This document shows positions 1-9,384 of a DNA stretch of 49,918 nt, piece after piece. The stretch comes from Pseudomonadota bacterium. Lineage in GTDB: Bacteria; Pseudomonadota; Alphaproteobacteria; Rhodobacterales; Rhodobacteraceae. The notes under the pieces were generated by a model. It did not search any database. It saw only the letters and a program-made list of their open reading frames with translations, and was not told the origin of the DNA. Location: the NCBI GenBank assembly GCA_029567145.1, contig JAKQLM010000646.1, positions 1 through 49,918 on the forward strand, written 5' to 3'. The position numbers were made by a program, and so were the translations under genes. Each line of letters starts with the position of its first letter. Position 1 is the stretch's first letter.

Positions 1-1
1 C

Positions 2-349
2 GGCGGGGCGTCGACGCCTGAACTGGCCAGCGACACGATGAAGGAATTCGTCACCCGCTACACCGAGATGTTCGGCGAATACAACGACGAGTCGAACACC
101 AAGGTCTATGCGCTGGAATACATCATCGAGACGCTGAAGGCGAACCCGGCAGCCATCGACAATGTCGAAGAGTTCAAAACGACAATGGACACCTTCGAGG
201 CCCCGAACCCTTTCATGGTCGGCGACGCGAAGCTGACCTATGTCGGAACCACCTCTTTCGGGCAAAAGCGCCAGGTCTCGGTCCCGCTGGTCGTGAACGA
301 GTTCAAGGATGGCAAGTTCGAGACGCTGTTCGTCGCTCAGGTCGACTGA
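2..349 (+). CDS. ABC transporter substrate-binding protein (Liv/HAAT type), C-terminal part, truncated by window edge
   Basis: Frame is open from position 2 (GGASTPELASDTMKEF...) and directly precedes livH/M/G/F-type genes. Confidence 0.8.
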   Translation, partial: GGASTPELASDTMKEFVTRYTEMFGEYNDESNTKVYALEYIIETLKANPAAIDNVEEFKTTMDTFEAPNPFMVGDAKLTYVGTTSFGQKRQVSVPLVVNEFKDGKFETLFVAQVD

Positions 350-372
350 CGCTATCTTCCCGGCGTAAACTG

Positions 373-393
373 GGGCCGCCGCGACGGCGGCCC
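373..393 (+). promoter_or_regulatory. Intercistronic stem-loop after binding-protein gene
   Basis: GGGCCGCCG-CGA-CGGCGGCCC perfect 9-bp stem followed by ATCTTTC; typical position for an mRNA stabiliser/attenuator in ABC operons. Confidence 0.55.
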
Positions 394-421
394 ATCTTTC
401 CTGACAACCGGAGGGCCAGGC

Positions 422-1291
422 ATGGAGCAGATCCTTGCGAATGGGCTGTACCTTGGCGCGCAATATGCATTGATTGCGCTGGGGCTGACCCTGATCTTTT
501 CACTGATGAACGTGCTGAACTTCGCCCACGGGCAGATGTATGTCTTCGGCGGCTTCGTGACCTATACGGTGGTCGCCCAGTTGGGTTTGCCCTTCATCGT
601 GGGGCTGATCGCCTCGGCCGTGGTGCTGGCGGTGATGGGGGCGCTGATCGAGAAGTTCCTGTTCCGCCCGGTCATCCGGAAATCAAAGCGCGACGAGTCC
701 ACCATGCTTCTTGCGGCCGGGATCGCGTTCTTCCTGGACGCGGTGATCCTGCTGATCTTTGGCGAAAAGCAGCGCGGCGTGCCGAAGGTCGTGGACGGGG
801 TCTTCAACTGGGACATGCGGCTGATCATGCCCTATGACCGCATCCTGATCGCTGCCCTTGCCGTGGCGCTGATCGTGGGCTTCATCCTGTTCATGCAGTA
901 TTCCCGCACGGGCCGAGCCATGCGCGCCCTGGCGCAGGACCGGGTCGCCGCGCAGTTGATGGGCGTCGATGTCGACCGCTACTCGATGATCGGCTTTGCC
1001 TTGGGGGCGATGCTGGCCGGGCTGGTCGGGGGCCTTCTGGTCACCATCACCGGGATCAACCTTGGAATGGGCGGGCCAACCTCGATCAAGGCCTTCCTGA
1101 TGATCATGATCGGCGGCGCGGGCGTCATATCGGGCGCCATCGCCGGCGGGTTCATCCTGGGGATGATGGAGTCCGTCGGTCTGACGCTTCTCGCCGCATA
1201 TGGCGATGTCACCTACCTGATGATCTTCATCACCCTGATGATCTTCCTCGCCATCCGGCCGCAGGGCCTGATGGGCAAGCCGTGGGGTTGA
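422..1291 (+). CDS. Branched-chain amino acid-type ABC permease (LivH family)
   Basis: ALGLTLIFSLMNVLNFAHG, GRAMRALAQD, RPQGLMG motifs; hydrophobic. Confidence 0.93.
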   Translation: MEQILANGLYLGAQYALIALGLTLIFSLMNVLNFAHGQMYVFGGFVTYTVVAQLGLPFIVGLIASAVVLAVMGALIEKFLFRPVIRKSKRDESTMLLAAGIAFFLDAVILLIFGEKQRGVPKVVDGVFNWDMRLIMPYDRILIAALAVALIVGFILFMQYSRTGRAMRALAQDRVAAQLMGVDVDRYSMIGFALGAMLAGLVGGLLVTITGINLGMGGPTSIKAFLMIMIGGAGVISGAIAGGFILGMMESVGLTLLAAYGDVTYLMIFITLMIFLAIRPQGLMGKPWG

Positions 1292-1295
1292 GACC

Positions 1296-2309
1296 ATGAC
1301 CGATCAAACGCAATCCACGCCTGTCGTCAAAGCCACCCTGTCGACGTCCAGGCTGCTTGGCATCGGAGCTTTCCTTCTGGGCGTCTTCGTCCTGGTGCCG
1401 GTGATCATCAACCTGACCGGACGGTGGGACTTCTACTACACGCTGACTTCTGTCGCCCTGCTGTCGGTGGCGGCGGCGGGGGTCTGGCTGACCTTTTACA
1501 TCGGCCGGATCAACATCGGCCAAGGGGCTTATGCGCTGATGGGGGGCTATGTCTCGGCCGTCCTCATGACGCAGTACGGGGTAAGCTTCTGGCTGACGCT
1601 GCCCTTGGCGGGGATATTCTGCGCCCTGGTGTCTGTCCTGATCGGCCTGCCGATCCTGCGGCTGCGGGGCGTCTACTTCGCCATGGTCACGCTGGTCCTG
1701 ACCGAGGTCGCCCGCCTGACCGCACTTGCCCTGCCGATTACCAACGGCGCGAAAGGGATCACCTCGATCCCGCTGCCGGGGGAACTGTCGATCTTCGGCC
1801 TGACGATCATCCCCGACTTCGCAACGCTGGAGAACCCGAAGCTGGCCTTCTACCTGATGGCCGCGCTTCTGATGACCCTGACCTACGTCGTCCTGTGGCG
1901 CATCGTGAACTCCCGCCTCGGCCACCTGTGCCGGTCCTTGCAGCAGAATGAGGAGTTGTCCGCTTCCATTGGCGTGAACACCGCGATGCTGCGGGTCCTC
2001 TCCTATGCCATCTCGTCCTTCTTCGGCGGGCTGGCCGGGGCGATCTTCGTCGCCATCTCGCAGTCGATCTACCCGTCCTCCTTCGTGGTGCAGGATAGCG
2101 TGAACTTCATGCTCTACTGCTTCCTTGGGGGCCTTGGGTACGTGTTCGGGCCAATGCTGGGGACGCTACTTCTGTACTTCGGCTGGGACCTGCTCTCCAT
2201 CGCCAGGGAATACCAGCTGCTCATCTACTCGGGCGCATTGATCGCGCTCATGCTGGTGCTGCCGAACGGTGTCCTCAGCCTTCTGGACAAGAAAGGCGGC
2301 AGCAAATGA
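1296..2309 (+). CDS. Branched-chain amino acid-type ABC permease (LivM family)
   Basis: LRLRGVYFAMVTL, LGGLG...GPMLG, LPNGV motifs. Confidence 0.93.
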   Translation: MTDQTQSTPVVKATLSTSRLLGIGAFLLGVFVLVPVIINLTGRWDFYYTLTSVALLSVAAAGVWLTFYIGRINIGQGAYALMGGYVSAVLMTQYGVSFWLTLPLAGIFCALVSVLIGLPILRLRGVYFAMVTLVLTEVARLTALALPITNGAKGITSIPLPGELSIFGLTIIPDFATLENPKLAFYLMAALLMTLTYVVLWRIVNSRLGHLCRSLQQNEELSASIGVNTAMLRVLSYAISSFFGGLAGAIFVAISQSIYPSSFVVQDSVNFMLYCFLGGLGYVFGPMLGTLLLYFGWDLLSIAREYQLLIYSGALIALMLVLPNGVLSLLDKKGGSK

Positions 2310-3088
2310 ACGCTATCCTGCAAGTCAAGAACGTCACCAAGCGCTATGGCGGGCTGACGGCCAACAACGACATCAGCTTCGACGTGGCCCCTCAGGAAAT
2401 CCTGTCGGTGATCGGGCCGAACGGGGCGGGGAAATCCACCTTGTTCAAGCAGGTCGCCGGGTTCGTCACGCCGACGACGGGCGAGGTGATCTACAAGGGC
2501 ACGAAGATTTCCGGCCTGCCGCCGCACAAGGTGGCGCGGCTGGGGGTGGTGCGGACCTTCCAGGAGACGACGATCTTCAAGTCGATGACGGTCCGCGAAA
2601 ACGTCATCGTCTCGCATCACCTGCGGTCGAAGGCGTCGCTTCTGGGGTTCTTCTTCGGGTCCGCCCAAGCCAAGGCGGACGAGGCGGAATTCGGGAAATC
2701 GGCGGACGACATCATCGATTTCCTCGGCCTGCAGGCGATCCGGGATGAGACGGCGTCGAACCTGCCGCAGGGGCATCTGCGGGCGCTGGGGATGGCCATT
2801 GGCCTGGCCACGCAGCCCGAGATCATCCTCCTGGACGAACCCTTTGCGGGGATGAACCATGACGAGACGATGCGGATGGTCGCTTTGGTGCGCCGGTTGC
2901 GGGATGAGCGGGGGCTGACGGTCCTGCTGGTCGAACACGATATGCCAGCGGTGATGAAGATCAGCGACCGGATCGTCTGCATCAACTTTGGCGAGAAGAT
3001 CGCCGAAGGAACCCCCGCCGAAATCCAGGCCAACCCCCGCGTGATCGAGGCCTACTTGGGCAGCGAAGACGCTGCGATCGGGATGTGA
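2306..3088 (+). CDS. ABC ATP-binding protein (LivG family)
   Basis: Walker A GPNGAGKST, RTFQ, LLDEP, VEHDM, VIEAYLG. Confidence 0.95.
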   Translation: MNAILQVKNVTKRYGGLTANNDISFDVAPQEILSVIGPNGAGKSTLFKQVAGFVTPTTGEVIYKGTKISGLPPHKVARLGVVRTFQETTIFKSMTVRENVIVSHHLRSKASLLGFFFGSAQAKADEAEFGKSADDIIDFLGLQAIRDETASNLPQGHLRALGMAIGLATQPEIILLDEPFAGMNHDETMRMVALVRRLRDERGLTVLLVEHDMPAVMKISDRIVCINFGEKIAEGTPAEIQANPRVIEAYLGSEDAAIGM

Positions 3089-3091
3089 GAC

Positions 3092-3856
3092 ATGACCCAG
3101 GCTGCCATGAAGACTGAACCGGCTCCGACGACGGCCAAGAAGATGCTCAGCTTCGACAATGTCGAGCTTTATTATGACCATGTCTACGCGCTGAAGGGCG
3201 TCTCCATCGAGTTGATGGAGGGTGAGACGGTCGCCCTGATCGGCGCCAACGGGGCGGGGAAATCCTCGATCCTGCGGGCGATTACCGGGCTGCGGAAGAT
3301 CAAGTCCGGGTCGATCAGCTATCTGGGCGACCGGATCGACGGGCGTCCCGCGGCCGAGATCGTCAAGCGTGGCATTGCGATGGTGCCGGAAGGGCGGCGG
3401 GTCTTCCCGCTGATGAGCGTGAAGGACAACCTCTTGATGGGGGCCTTCACCCGCACCGACAAGCAGGGGATCGAACAGACGCTGGAGAGTGTGCTGACCC
3501 GCTTCCCGCGCCTGAAGGAACGATTCAGCCAGCAGGCCAGCACACTGTCGGGCGGCGAGCAGCAGATGATGGTGATCGGCCGCGCGCTGATGGCGAAACC
3601 GAAGCTTCTGCTCCTTGACGAACCCTCCCTCGGTATCGCGCCGAAGCTTGTGCAGGACATCGCCCGCGCCATCGTGGCGATCAGCCGGGATGAGGGCGTG
3701 TCGGTGCTGCTCGTCGAACAGAACAGCCGGATGGCGCTGTCGATCTCGAACCGCGCCTACGCGATGTCGACCGGGCAGGTCGTCCTGTCCGGCGTGTCGA
3801 AGGACCTGATGCACGACGACCGGATCAAGGCCGCCTACCTTGGTGGAGACCTCTGA
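3092..3856 (+). CDS. ABC ATP-binding protein (LivF family)
   Basis: GANGAGKSS, VPEGRRVF, LSGGEQQM, LLDEPSLG. Confidence 0.95.
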   Translation: MTQAAMKTEPAPTTAKKMLSFDNVELYYDHVYALKGVSIELMEGETVALIGANGAGKSSILRAITGLRKIKSGSISYLGDRIDGRPAAEIVKRGIAMVPEGRRVFPLMSVKDNLLMGAFTRTDKQGIEQTLESVLTRFPRLKERFSQQASTLSGGEQQMMVIGRALMAKPKLLLLDEPSLGIAPKLVQDIARAIVAISRDEGVSVLLVEQNSRMALSISNRAYAMSTGQVVLSGVSKDLMHDDRIKAAYLGGDL

Positions 3857-3857
3857 A

Positions 3858-4568
3858 ATGCGCCTTCTGGTGATCAACCCGAACTCCACCGCGTCGATGA
3901 CCGAGAAGATCGGCATCGCGGCCAAGGGTGCGGCCAGCGCGGGGACCGAAGTGATTGCGGTCAACCCGCCGGGCGGCCCGGTGTCCATCGAGGGCTATTA
4001 CGACGAGGCGCTGAGCGTCCCCGGCCTCCTCGGCGTGATCCAGACCACCCCCGGCTTTGATGCGGTGATCATCGCCTGTTTCGACGACACCGGGCTTGAC
4101 GCCGCCCGCTGCCTGACCGACCGCCCGGTGATCGGGATCGGCGAGGCGGCCTATCACTTCGCCTCGATGATCGCGAACAAGTTCTCAGTCGTCACGACAC
4201 TGGCGCGGTCCGTGCCGGCGCTGGAGCACAACCTGCACAAATACGGTCTTGCCACCCGCTGCGCCCGGGTTCGGTCGTCGGAGGTGGCTGTACTGGAACT
4301 GGAACACCCCGGGTCCGACGCCTGCAACCGCATCAGCGCCGAGATCGGCCGCGCGCTGGCCGAAGACCGCGCCGAAGCCATCGTCCTTGGCTGCGCCGGA
4401 ATGGCAGACCTTGCCGGAAGGCTGGCCGATGAGCATGGGCTGCCAGTTCTGGATGGCGTGACCTGTGCTGTCCGCCTGGCCGAGGCAATGGTGGGTCTTG
4501 GGCTCAGAACGTCCCGCCTTGGCGGCTATGCTCCGTCCCCGACGCACAAGCTTAGGGCTACTGCGTGA
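3858..4568 (+). CDS. Hydantoin/allantoin racemase (Asp/Glu/hydantoin racemase family)
   Basis: MRLLVINPNST, two catalytic Cys (IACFDD, LGCAGM); start placed at ATG 3858 just after the upstream stop. Confidence 0.9.
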   Translation: MRLLVINPNSTASMTEKIGIAAKGAASAGTEVIAVNPPGGPVSIEGYYDEALSVPGLLGVIQTTPGFDAVIIACFDDTGLDAARCLTDRPVIGIGEAAYHFASMIANKFSVVTTLARSVPALEHNLHKYGLATRCARVRSSEVAVLELEHPGSDACNRISAEIGRALAEDRAEAIVLGCAGMADLAGRLADEHGLPVLDGVTCAVRLAEAMVGLGLRTSRLGGYAPSPTHKLRATA

Positions 4569-4577
4569 CGTCCCCCC

Positions 4578-4920
4578 TTGGAACAGTTGCACTATGCTTC
4601 GTGCGGTATTCGCCATGACCGTCATGTAGATGACGTGCCTTGGCATCGAAACGGCGACGATGTGTCCGAGTTGGCCCGATTGGTCGGACCCATAGCCAAG
4701 ACGTTCCGTCGTCCTTAATTGGCCCGGCGCGACAACGGGGTCGTGGAGCGTTTGTGGCTGACCGTCAAAATCGTGGAGGCCTATCTGTGAGACCGCGCCC
4801 GCGTTTCTGAGCCTCGCACTTACAGCGGGATGGGAATCGGCCACTACAACAGCGGGCGTCCGCACTCTTCGTTTGGCGGAAGACCGCCCGGAACCTGTTC
4901 AGACAAACCGACCCGCCTCT
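4578..4920 (+). mobile_element. Decayed IS3-family transposase (OrfB) remnant with probable right end
   Basis: From 4731 reads DNGVVERLWLTVKIVEAYL*DRARVSEPRTYSGMGIGHYNSGRPHSSFGGRPP, collinear with the IS3 integrase consensus DNVFVERLWRSVKYEEVYL...FYN..RPHSSLDGRTP; internal TGA; ends CTGTTCAGACAAACCGACCCGCCTCT. Left boundary approximate. Confidence 0.75.
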
Positions 4921-5103
4921 GACTGCGCAGCAAATGGCGATGCGGACTTTCTGTCTTCTTGTTTCGAAGGGCGCAAGAAATCGAGAGCGACAACGGCGGC
5001 CAAGAATAGGATTTTACGAAAGATGCTTCTAGAATACCTTGACAGCCGCGAGGGCGACAAAGGTTGTCGGGACAGCCCGTTCGCAGTACACAGGATCACC
5101 ATC

Positions 5104-5120
5104 TGCATACAGTTGTATAC
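5104..5120. promoter_or_regulatory. Putative GntR/FadR-type operator upstream of malate synthase
   Basis: TGCATACAGTTGTATAC, near-palindromic with TG(C/T)ATAC half-sites, about 20 bp before the ATG. Confidence 0.5.
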
Positions 5121-5138
5121 TTCAAGTTCGGACCATAA

Positions 5139-7283
5139 ATGACACGCGACACCCGGCACGGCCTGCAGGTCGATACACTCCTTCGCTCGTTCATCGAGGA
5201 CCAAGCGCTTCCCGGTACCGGAATAGACGCTGATCAGTTTTGGGCGGGATTTGCGGATATCGTTCTGGACCTGACACCGGTGAACAAAGCGCTGCTGGAC
5301 CGTCGGTCGGTCTTGCAGGACAAGATTGACGCCTGGCATCTTGCCCGACGCGGACAGCCGCACGACCACGAGGCCTACAAGCAGTTCCTGCAAGAGATCG
5401 GCTACCTTCTACCTGAAGGGTCGGATTTCAGCATCGAAACTGCGAACACAGACCCAGAGATTGCTCTGGTTCCCGGCCCGCAACTGGTCGTGCCGATCAC
5501 GAACGCCCGTTACGTCCTGAACGCAGCGAATGCCCGTTGGGGCAGTCTTTACGACTGCCTTTATGGCACGGATGCCATGGACTCGCTTCCGCCCCGGGGC
5601 GGGTACGAGCGCGGGCGCGGCGCAAGGGTGATCGCGCGGGCGAGGGTCTTTCTTGACGAGGCCTTTCCCATCGCGGGCACAAGCCATGTCGATGTGCGGC
5701 GGTATCATGTGAAGGATGGCAGGCTGCTGATTGATGACATGCCGCTGGTCGATCCCGAGAAGTTCGTCGGGTATCAAGGCGATCCGCGCGCGCCCGACGC
5801 AATCCTTTTGTGCAACCACGGTTTGCATGTCGAACTGGTATTTGACCGGGCGCATTTCATCGGCGCGCGTGATCAGGCCTGCCTTGCCGATGTGCGCCTT
5901 GAAAGTGCCGTGTCAGCCATCATGGATTGCGAGGATTCGGTCTCTTGCGTCGATGCCGAAGACAAGGTCCAGGCCTACGCCAACTGGCTTGGCCTCATGA
6001 AGGGGGACCTGGCAGAGTCGTTCGAAAAGGACGGCAAGGCCATGACACGTCGGTTGAACCCCGATCCGGTCTGGACGGCGCCGGACGGGTCAGCGACGTC
6101 GCGCAAAGGCCGGGCCCTTATGCTTGTGCGGAACGTGGGCCATCTGATGACCAACCCCGCGATCCTTGATGCGCAGGGCGAAGAGGTTTTCGAAGGCCTC
6201 ATGGATGCAATGGTCACGGTGATGATCGCGATCCACGACCTGAGAAAGATCGGCGGGCTGCGCAACTCGGTCAAGGGCTCGGTCTATGTGGTGAAGCCCA
6301 AGATGCACGGCCCCGAGGAAGTGGCGTTTGCCGACGAAATCTTTACCCGCGTCGAAGCTGCCCTTGGGTTGCCAAAGCATACGGTGAAGATCGGGATCAT
6401 GGACGAGGAGCGCCGCACCTCGGTCAATCTCAAGGAATGCATCCGGGCCGCGAAACATCGTGTGGCTTTCATCAACACGGGTTTCCTCGACCGGACTGGC
6501 GACGAGATTCACACCTCGATGGAGGCGGGACCGTTCAGCCGCAAGGACTTTATCAAGCGCAAGGCGTGGATTTCGGGTTACGAAAACCAGAATGTCGACA
6601 TCGGGCTGGAATGCGGACTGTCAGGCCGGGCGCAGATCGGAAAAGGCATGTGGGCGATGCCTGACTTGATGTCGGCCATGCTTGCGCAAAAGATCGAGCA
6701 TCCGAAATCCGGCGCCAACACCGCATGGGTCCCGTCACCGACGGCGGCGACGTTGCATGCCCTGCACTACCACAAGATCGATGTCTTCAAGGTGCAGGAA
6801 AAGCTGCGAAAGGGCGGACGACGGGCCTATGTCGACACGATCCTGGACATTCCGCTGGCCGCGCACCGCAAGTGGACCCCCGAGCAGGTCATGCGTGAGG
6901 TGGAAAACAATTGTCAGGGTATCCTTGGCTATGTCGTTCGATGGGTGGACCAGGGAGTCGGCTGTTCAAAGGTGCCTGACATGAACGATGTCGGGCTGAT
7001 GGAAGACCGCGCCACATGCCGCATCTCGGCGCAGCATGTAGCGAACTGGCTGCATCATGGCATTGTCTCGCGCGACGATGTGATGGACGCGTTGCGCCGG
7101 ATGGCAACCATCGTCGATCGCCAGAATGAGGGTGACCCCAATTACCGGCCGATGGCGCCGGGTTTTCAGGGCATTGCGTTTCAGGCGGCTTGCGATCTGA
7201 TCCTTCTCGGACGGCAGCAGCCGTCGGGCTACACCGAACCGGTGCTTCACCGTCGGCGGGCCGAGGTGAAAGCGGGAGAATGA
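5139..7283 (+). CDS. glcB: Malate synthase G
   Basis: 714 aa; [77 protein letters not shown]. Confidence 0.97.
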   Translation: MTRDTRHGLQVDTLLRSFIEDQALPGTGIDADQFWAGFADIVLDLTPVNKALLDRRSVLQDKIDAWHLARRGQPHDHEAYKQFLQEIGYLLPEGSDFSIETANTDPEIALVPGPQLVVPITNARYVLNAANARWGSLYDCLYGTDAMDSLPPRGGYERGRGARVIARARVFLDEAFPIAGTSHVDVRRYHVKDGRLLIDDMPLVDPEKFVGYQGDPRAPDAILLCNHGLHVELVFDRAHFIGARDQACLADVRLESAVSAIMDCEDSVSCVDAEDKVQAYANWLGLMKGDLAESFEKDGKAMTRRLNPDPVWTAPDGSATSRKGRALMLVRNVGHLMTNPAILDAQGEEVFEGLMDAMVTVMIAIHDLRKIGGLRNSVKGSVYVVKPKMHGPEEVAFADEIFTRVEAALGLPKHTVKIGIMDEERRTSVNLKECIRAAKHRVAFINTGFLDRTGDEIHTSMEAGPFSRKDFIKRKAWISGYENQNVDIGLECGLSGRAQIGKGMWAMPDLMSAMLAQKIEHPKSGANTAWVPSPTAATLHALHYHKIDVFKVQEKLRKGGRRAYVDTILDIPLAAHRKWTPEQVMREVENNCQGILGYVVRWVDQGVGCSKVPDMNDVGLMEDRATCRISAQHVANWLHHGIVSRDDVMDALRRMATIVDRQNEGDPNYRPMAPGFQGIAFQAACDLILLGRQQPSGYTEPVLHRRRAEVKAGE

Positions 7284-7446
7284 TTGTGCATGACGGAACC
7301 CGGATGGCCTGACCGCCGAGAGGTCGCACCGAAGCCGGGCTTGCAGACCTTTGGTCAAGACCGGGCGCGGACGACTGCGGGCCCACAGTTTCCGCGACTT
7401 CAAGGGAATTGGACGGGTCTGCTCGTTCAGCAAGAAAGGAACGGTC

Positions 7447-7797
7447 ATGCACGCTCTGCTGATTATCTTGATCGCCCAGATCCTTGGCGAGTTCGTCGCC
7501 CGGGCAACAGGTCTGCCGCTGCCCGGGCCGGTGATGGGCATGATCTTCGTGCTGGGTCTGCTGGTGGCGGTGCCGCGACTGCGCGAGATGATCAGGGCGA
7601 CAGCGCAGACCCTGCTTTCACACCTCTCGCTGCTTTTCGTCCCGGCCGGGGCAGGGGTTGTCGGCCATCTTGCGACGCTGGGCGACAGCACCGTTGCGAT
7701 CATGCTGGCCATCGTCGTGTCAGCCGTGCTTGCGATTGGTGCAGGTGCCCTTACCTTTTCGGCGGTCGCCCGAATGACGGGATCAAGCGATGACTGA
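7447..7797 (+). CDS. CidA/LrgA family membrane protein
   Basis: LPLPGPVMGM and LSLLFVPAGAGV motifs; AAAGGA RBS before ATG 7447. Confidence 0.9.
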   Translation: MHALLIILIAQILGEFVARATGLPLPGPVMGMIFVLGLLVAVPRLREMIRATAQTLLSHLSLLFVPAGAGVVGHLATLGDSTVAIMLAIVVSAVLAIGAGALTFSAVARMTGSSDD

Positions 7798-8506
7798 CTT
7801 TGCAGACATCTGGAGCTATCTGTCACAGGGTCCGCTGCTGTGGCTGACCGCGACGATTGCGGCCTATGCCGCCGGCGACATGGTTTTTCGGGCGACAGGC
7901 CGCAACCCACTGGCCAATCCGGTGCTGATCGCCGTCGGCATCCTTGCGGTCGTTCTGAAGCTGACCGGGACACCCTACGCCACCTATTTCGAAGGGGCGC
8001 AATTCGTGCACTTCCTGCTTGGCCCTGCGACCGTCGCCCTGGCCCTGCCGCTTTTCGACAACCTGCACCATCTGCGGCGCGTATTGCTTCCCGTCCTTGC
8101 CGCGCTGGTCGTGGGCTCGGTGGTCGCAACCGGATCGGCCCTGATGATCGCATCGTGGATGGGGGTGGACGATATGTTGCTGATCTCGCTTGCCCCCAAA
8201 TCCGCGACCGCGCCGGTTGCCATCGGCATCTCGCAAGAGCTTGGCGGCTCGCCGACGTTGACTGCCGTGCTTGTCATCCTGACGGGGATCACCGGGGCTG
8301 TGCTGGCGACGCCGTTGCTCAATCTCTTGGGGGTGAAGGACTGGCGCGCCCGTGGTTTTTCTGTGGGTCTGGTCAGTCACGGCATCGGAACGGCACGGGC
8401 GCTGCAGGTTCACCCGACGGCTGGCGCCTTTGCGGGGCTTGGAATGGCGATCAACGCCGTTGCGACCGCAATCCTTGCGCCGCTGATCCTGCGGTTGTTC
8501 ATTTAG
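7790..8506 (+). CDS. LrgB/CidB family membrane protein
   Basis: NPVLIA, FLLGPATVALALPL, LAPKSATAPVA, SHGIGTARA; overlaps the cidA-like gene. Confidence 0.93.
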   Translation: MTDFADIWSYLSQGPLLWLTATIAAYAAGDMVFRATGRNPLANPVLIAVGILAVVLKLTGTPYATYFEGAQFVHFLLGPATVALALPLFDNLHHLRRVLLPVLAALVVGSVVATGSALMIASWMGVDDMLLISLAPKSATAPVAIGISQELGGSPTLTAVLVILTGITGAVLATPLLNLLGVKDWRARGFSVGLVSHGIGTARALQVHPTAGAFAGLGMAINAVATAILAPLILRLFI

Positions 8507-8568
8507 CGGACGACGTCGGTGACCCAGCGCGGCGGTTCGGCAAGGCAGCAACCCGCCCTTGCGCCGAT

Positions 8569-9366
8569 TCAGTCGGCGCGGATCAATTCTGCAAAGACCC
8601 GGATTTCGCGCAAAAGGCTGTAGGCGGTGGTCAGCGACGTGCGCGGGTTCCCGGTTGCAGCGCCGCTTTCGATGCTGAAGGCGGCCTGACAAGTGGATGC
8701 GTTGACCGTGTAGGCATGGCGGTTCGCGCTGGCGTCAGGGTCGGCAACCAGCGTCACCGACACCCGTTCAAAGCCGGGCCCGGCCAGGGCAAGGGCTGCG
8801 ACGACATTCGTGCTTTTCGGGAAACGGGAGGCGGCCTCGCGGGCTGGGCCGCTAAAAAATGCGGTGGGGCCGGTCAGGGCCGAAAGGTCTATCGTCTGCT
8901 CGGCGGCGGTGCCGCGCCAGGCTTGGGGTGGCTTGGTTCCGGTATAAGTGATGCGGACCTCGCCTTCCATCGACAGCGCCTCGATCAGGTCGATCCCGGC
9001 AATCGCCCCGGCAGGGCGGATTAGCCGTGCGTTCCCAAGGGCTGCGGCAGCCTGGACGCGCGCCAGAAGCTGCGCGTCGGCAAAGGCGCCAAGCGACAGC
9101 GGAACCAGGCTGACGCCCGTGCGCAGGATGGCTTCGGCATGCTCGACGACGGCGGCGTGGCCGGCACATTCGACAATCAGGTCGGGGTTCGCGGCCAGAA
9201 GGGCGTCCAGCGTCGAAACCGATTTCAGACGCCGCGAGCCGGGGGCACCGGCCAGATTGCCGCCGCTGCGGACCAGAATGTCAGTTTCGCTGACGGGAAC
9301 GGTATCCAGCCGTTCGATCAGTGTCTGGGCAACGGCCCCGTATCCGATCACTCCCAGCCGCATCAC
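8569..9366 (-). CDS. nadX: L-aspartate dehydrogenase-like protein (NadX family)
   Basis: Rossmann GVIGYGAV, VECAGH, GAIAGID, TKPPQAWRGT, FPKSTNV, GNPRTSLTTAYS. Confidence 0.85.
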   Translation of the reverse strand: MMRLGVIGYGAVAQTLIERLDTVPVSETDILVRSGGNLAGAPGSRRLKSVSTLDALLAANPDLIVECAGHAAVVEHAEAILRTGVSLVPLSLGAFADAQLLARVQAAAALGNARLIRPAGAIAGIDLIEALSMEGEVRITYTGTKPPQAWRGTAAEQTIDLSALTGPTAFFSGPAREAASRFPKSTNVVAALALAGPGFERVSVTLVADPDASANRHAYTVNASTCQAAFSIESGAATGNPRTSLTTAYSLLREIRVFAELIRAD

Positions 9367-9384
9367 TGGGCGTCCCGCAAAGGG

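Noticed and set aside
7447-8506. Prophage holin/antiholin lysis module
   Set aside because: No phage genes; metabolic context
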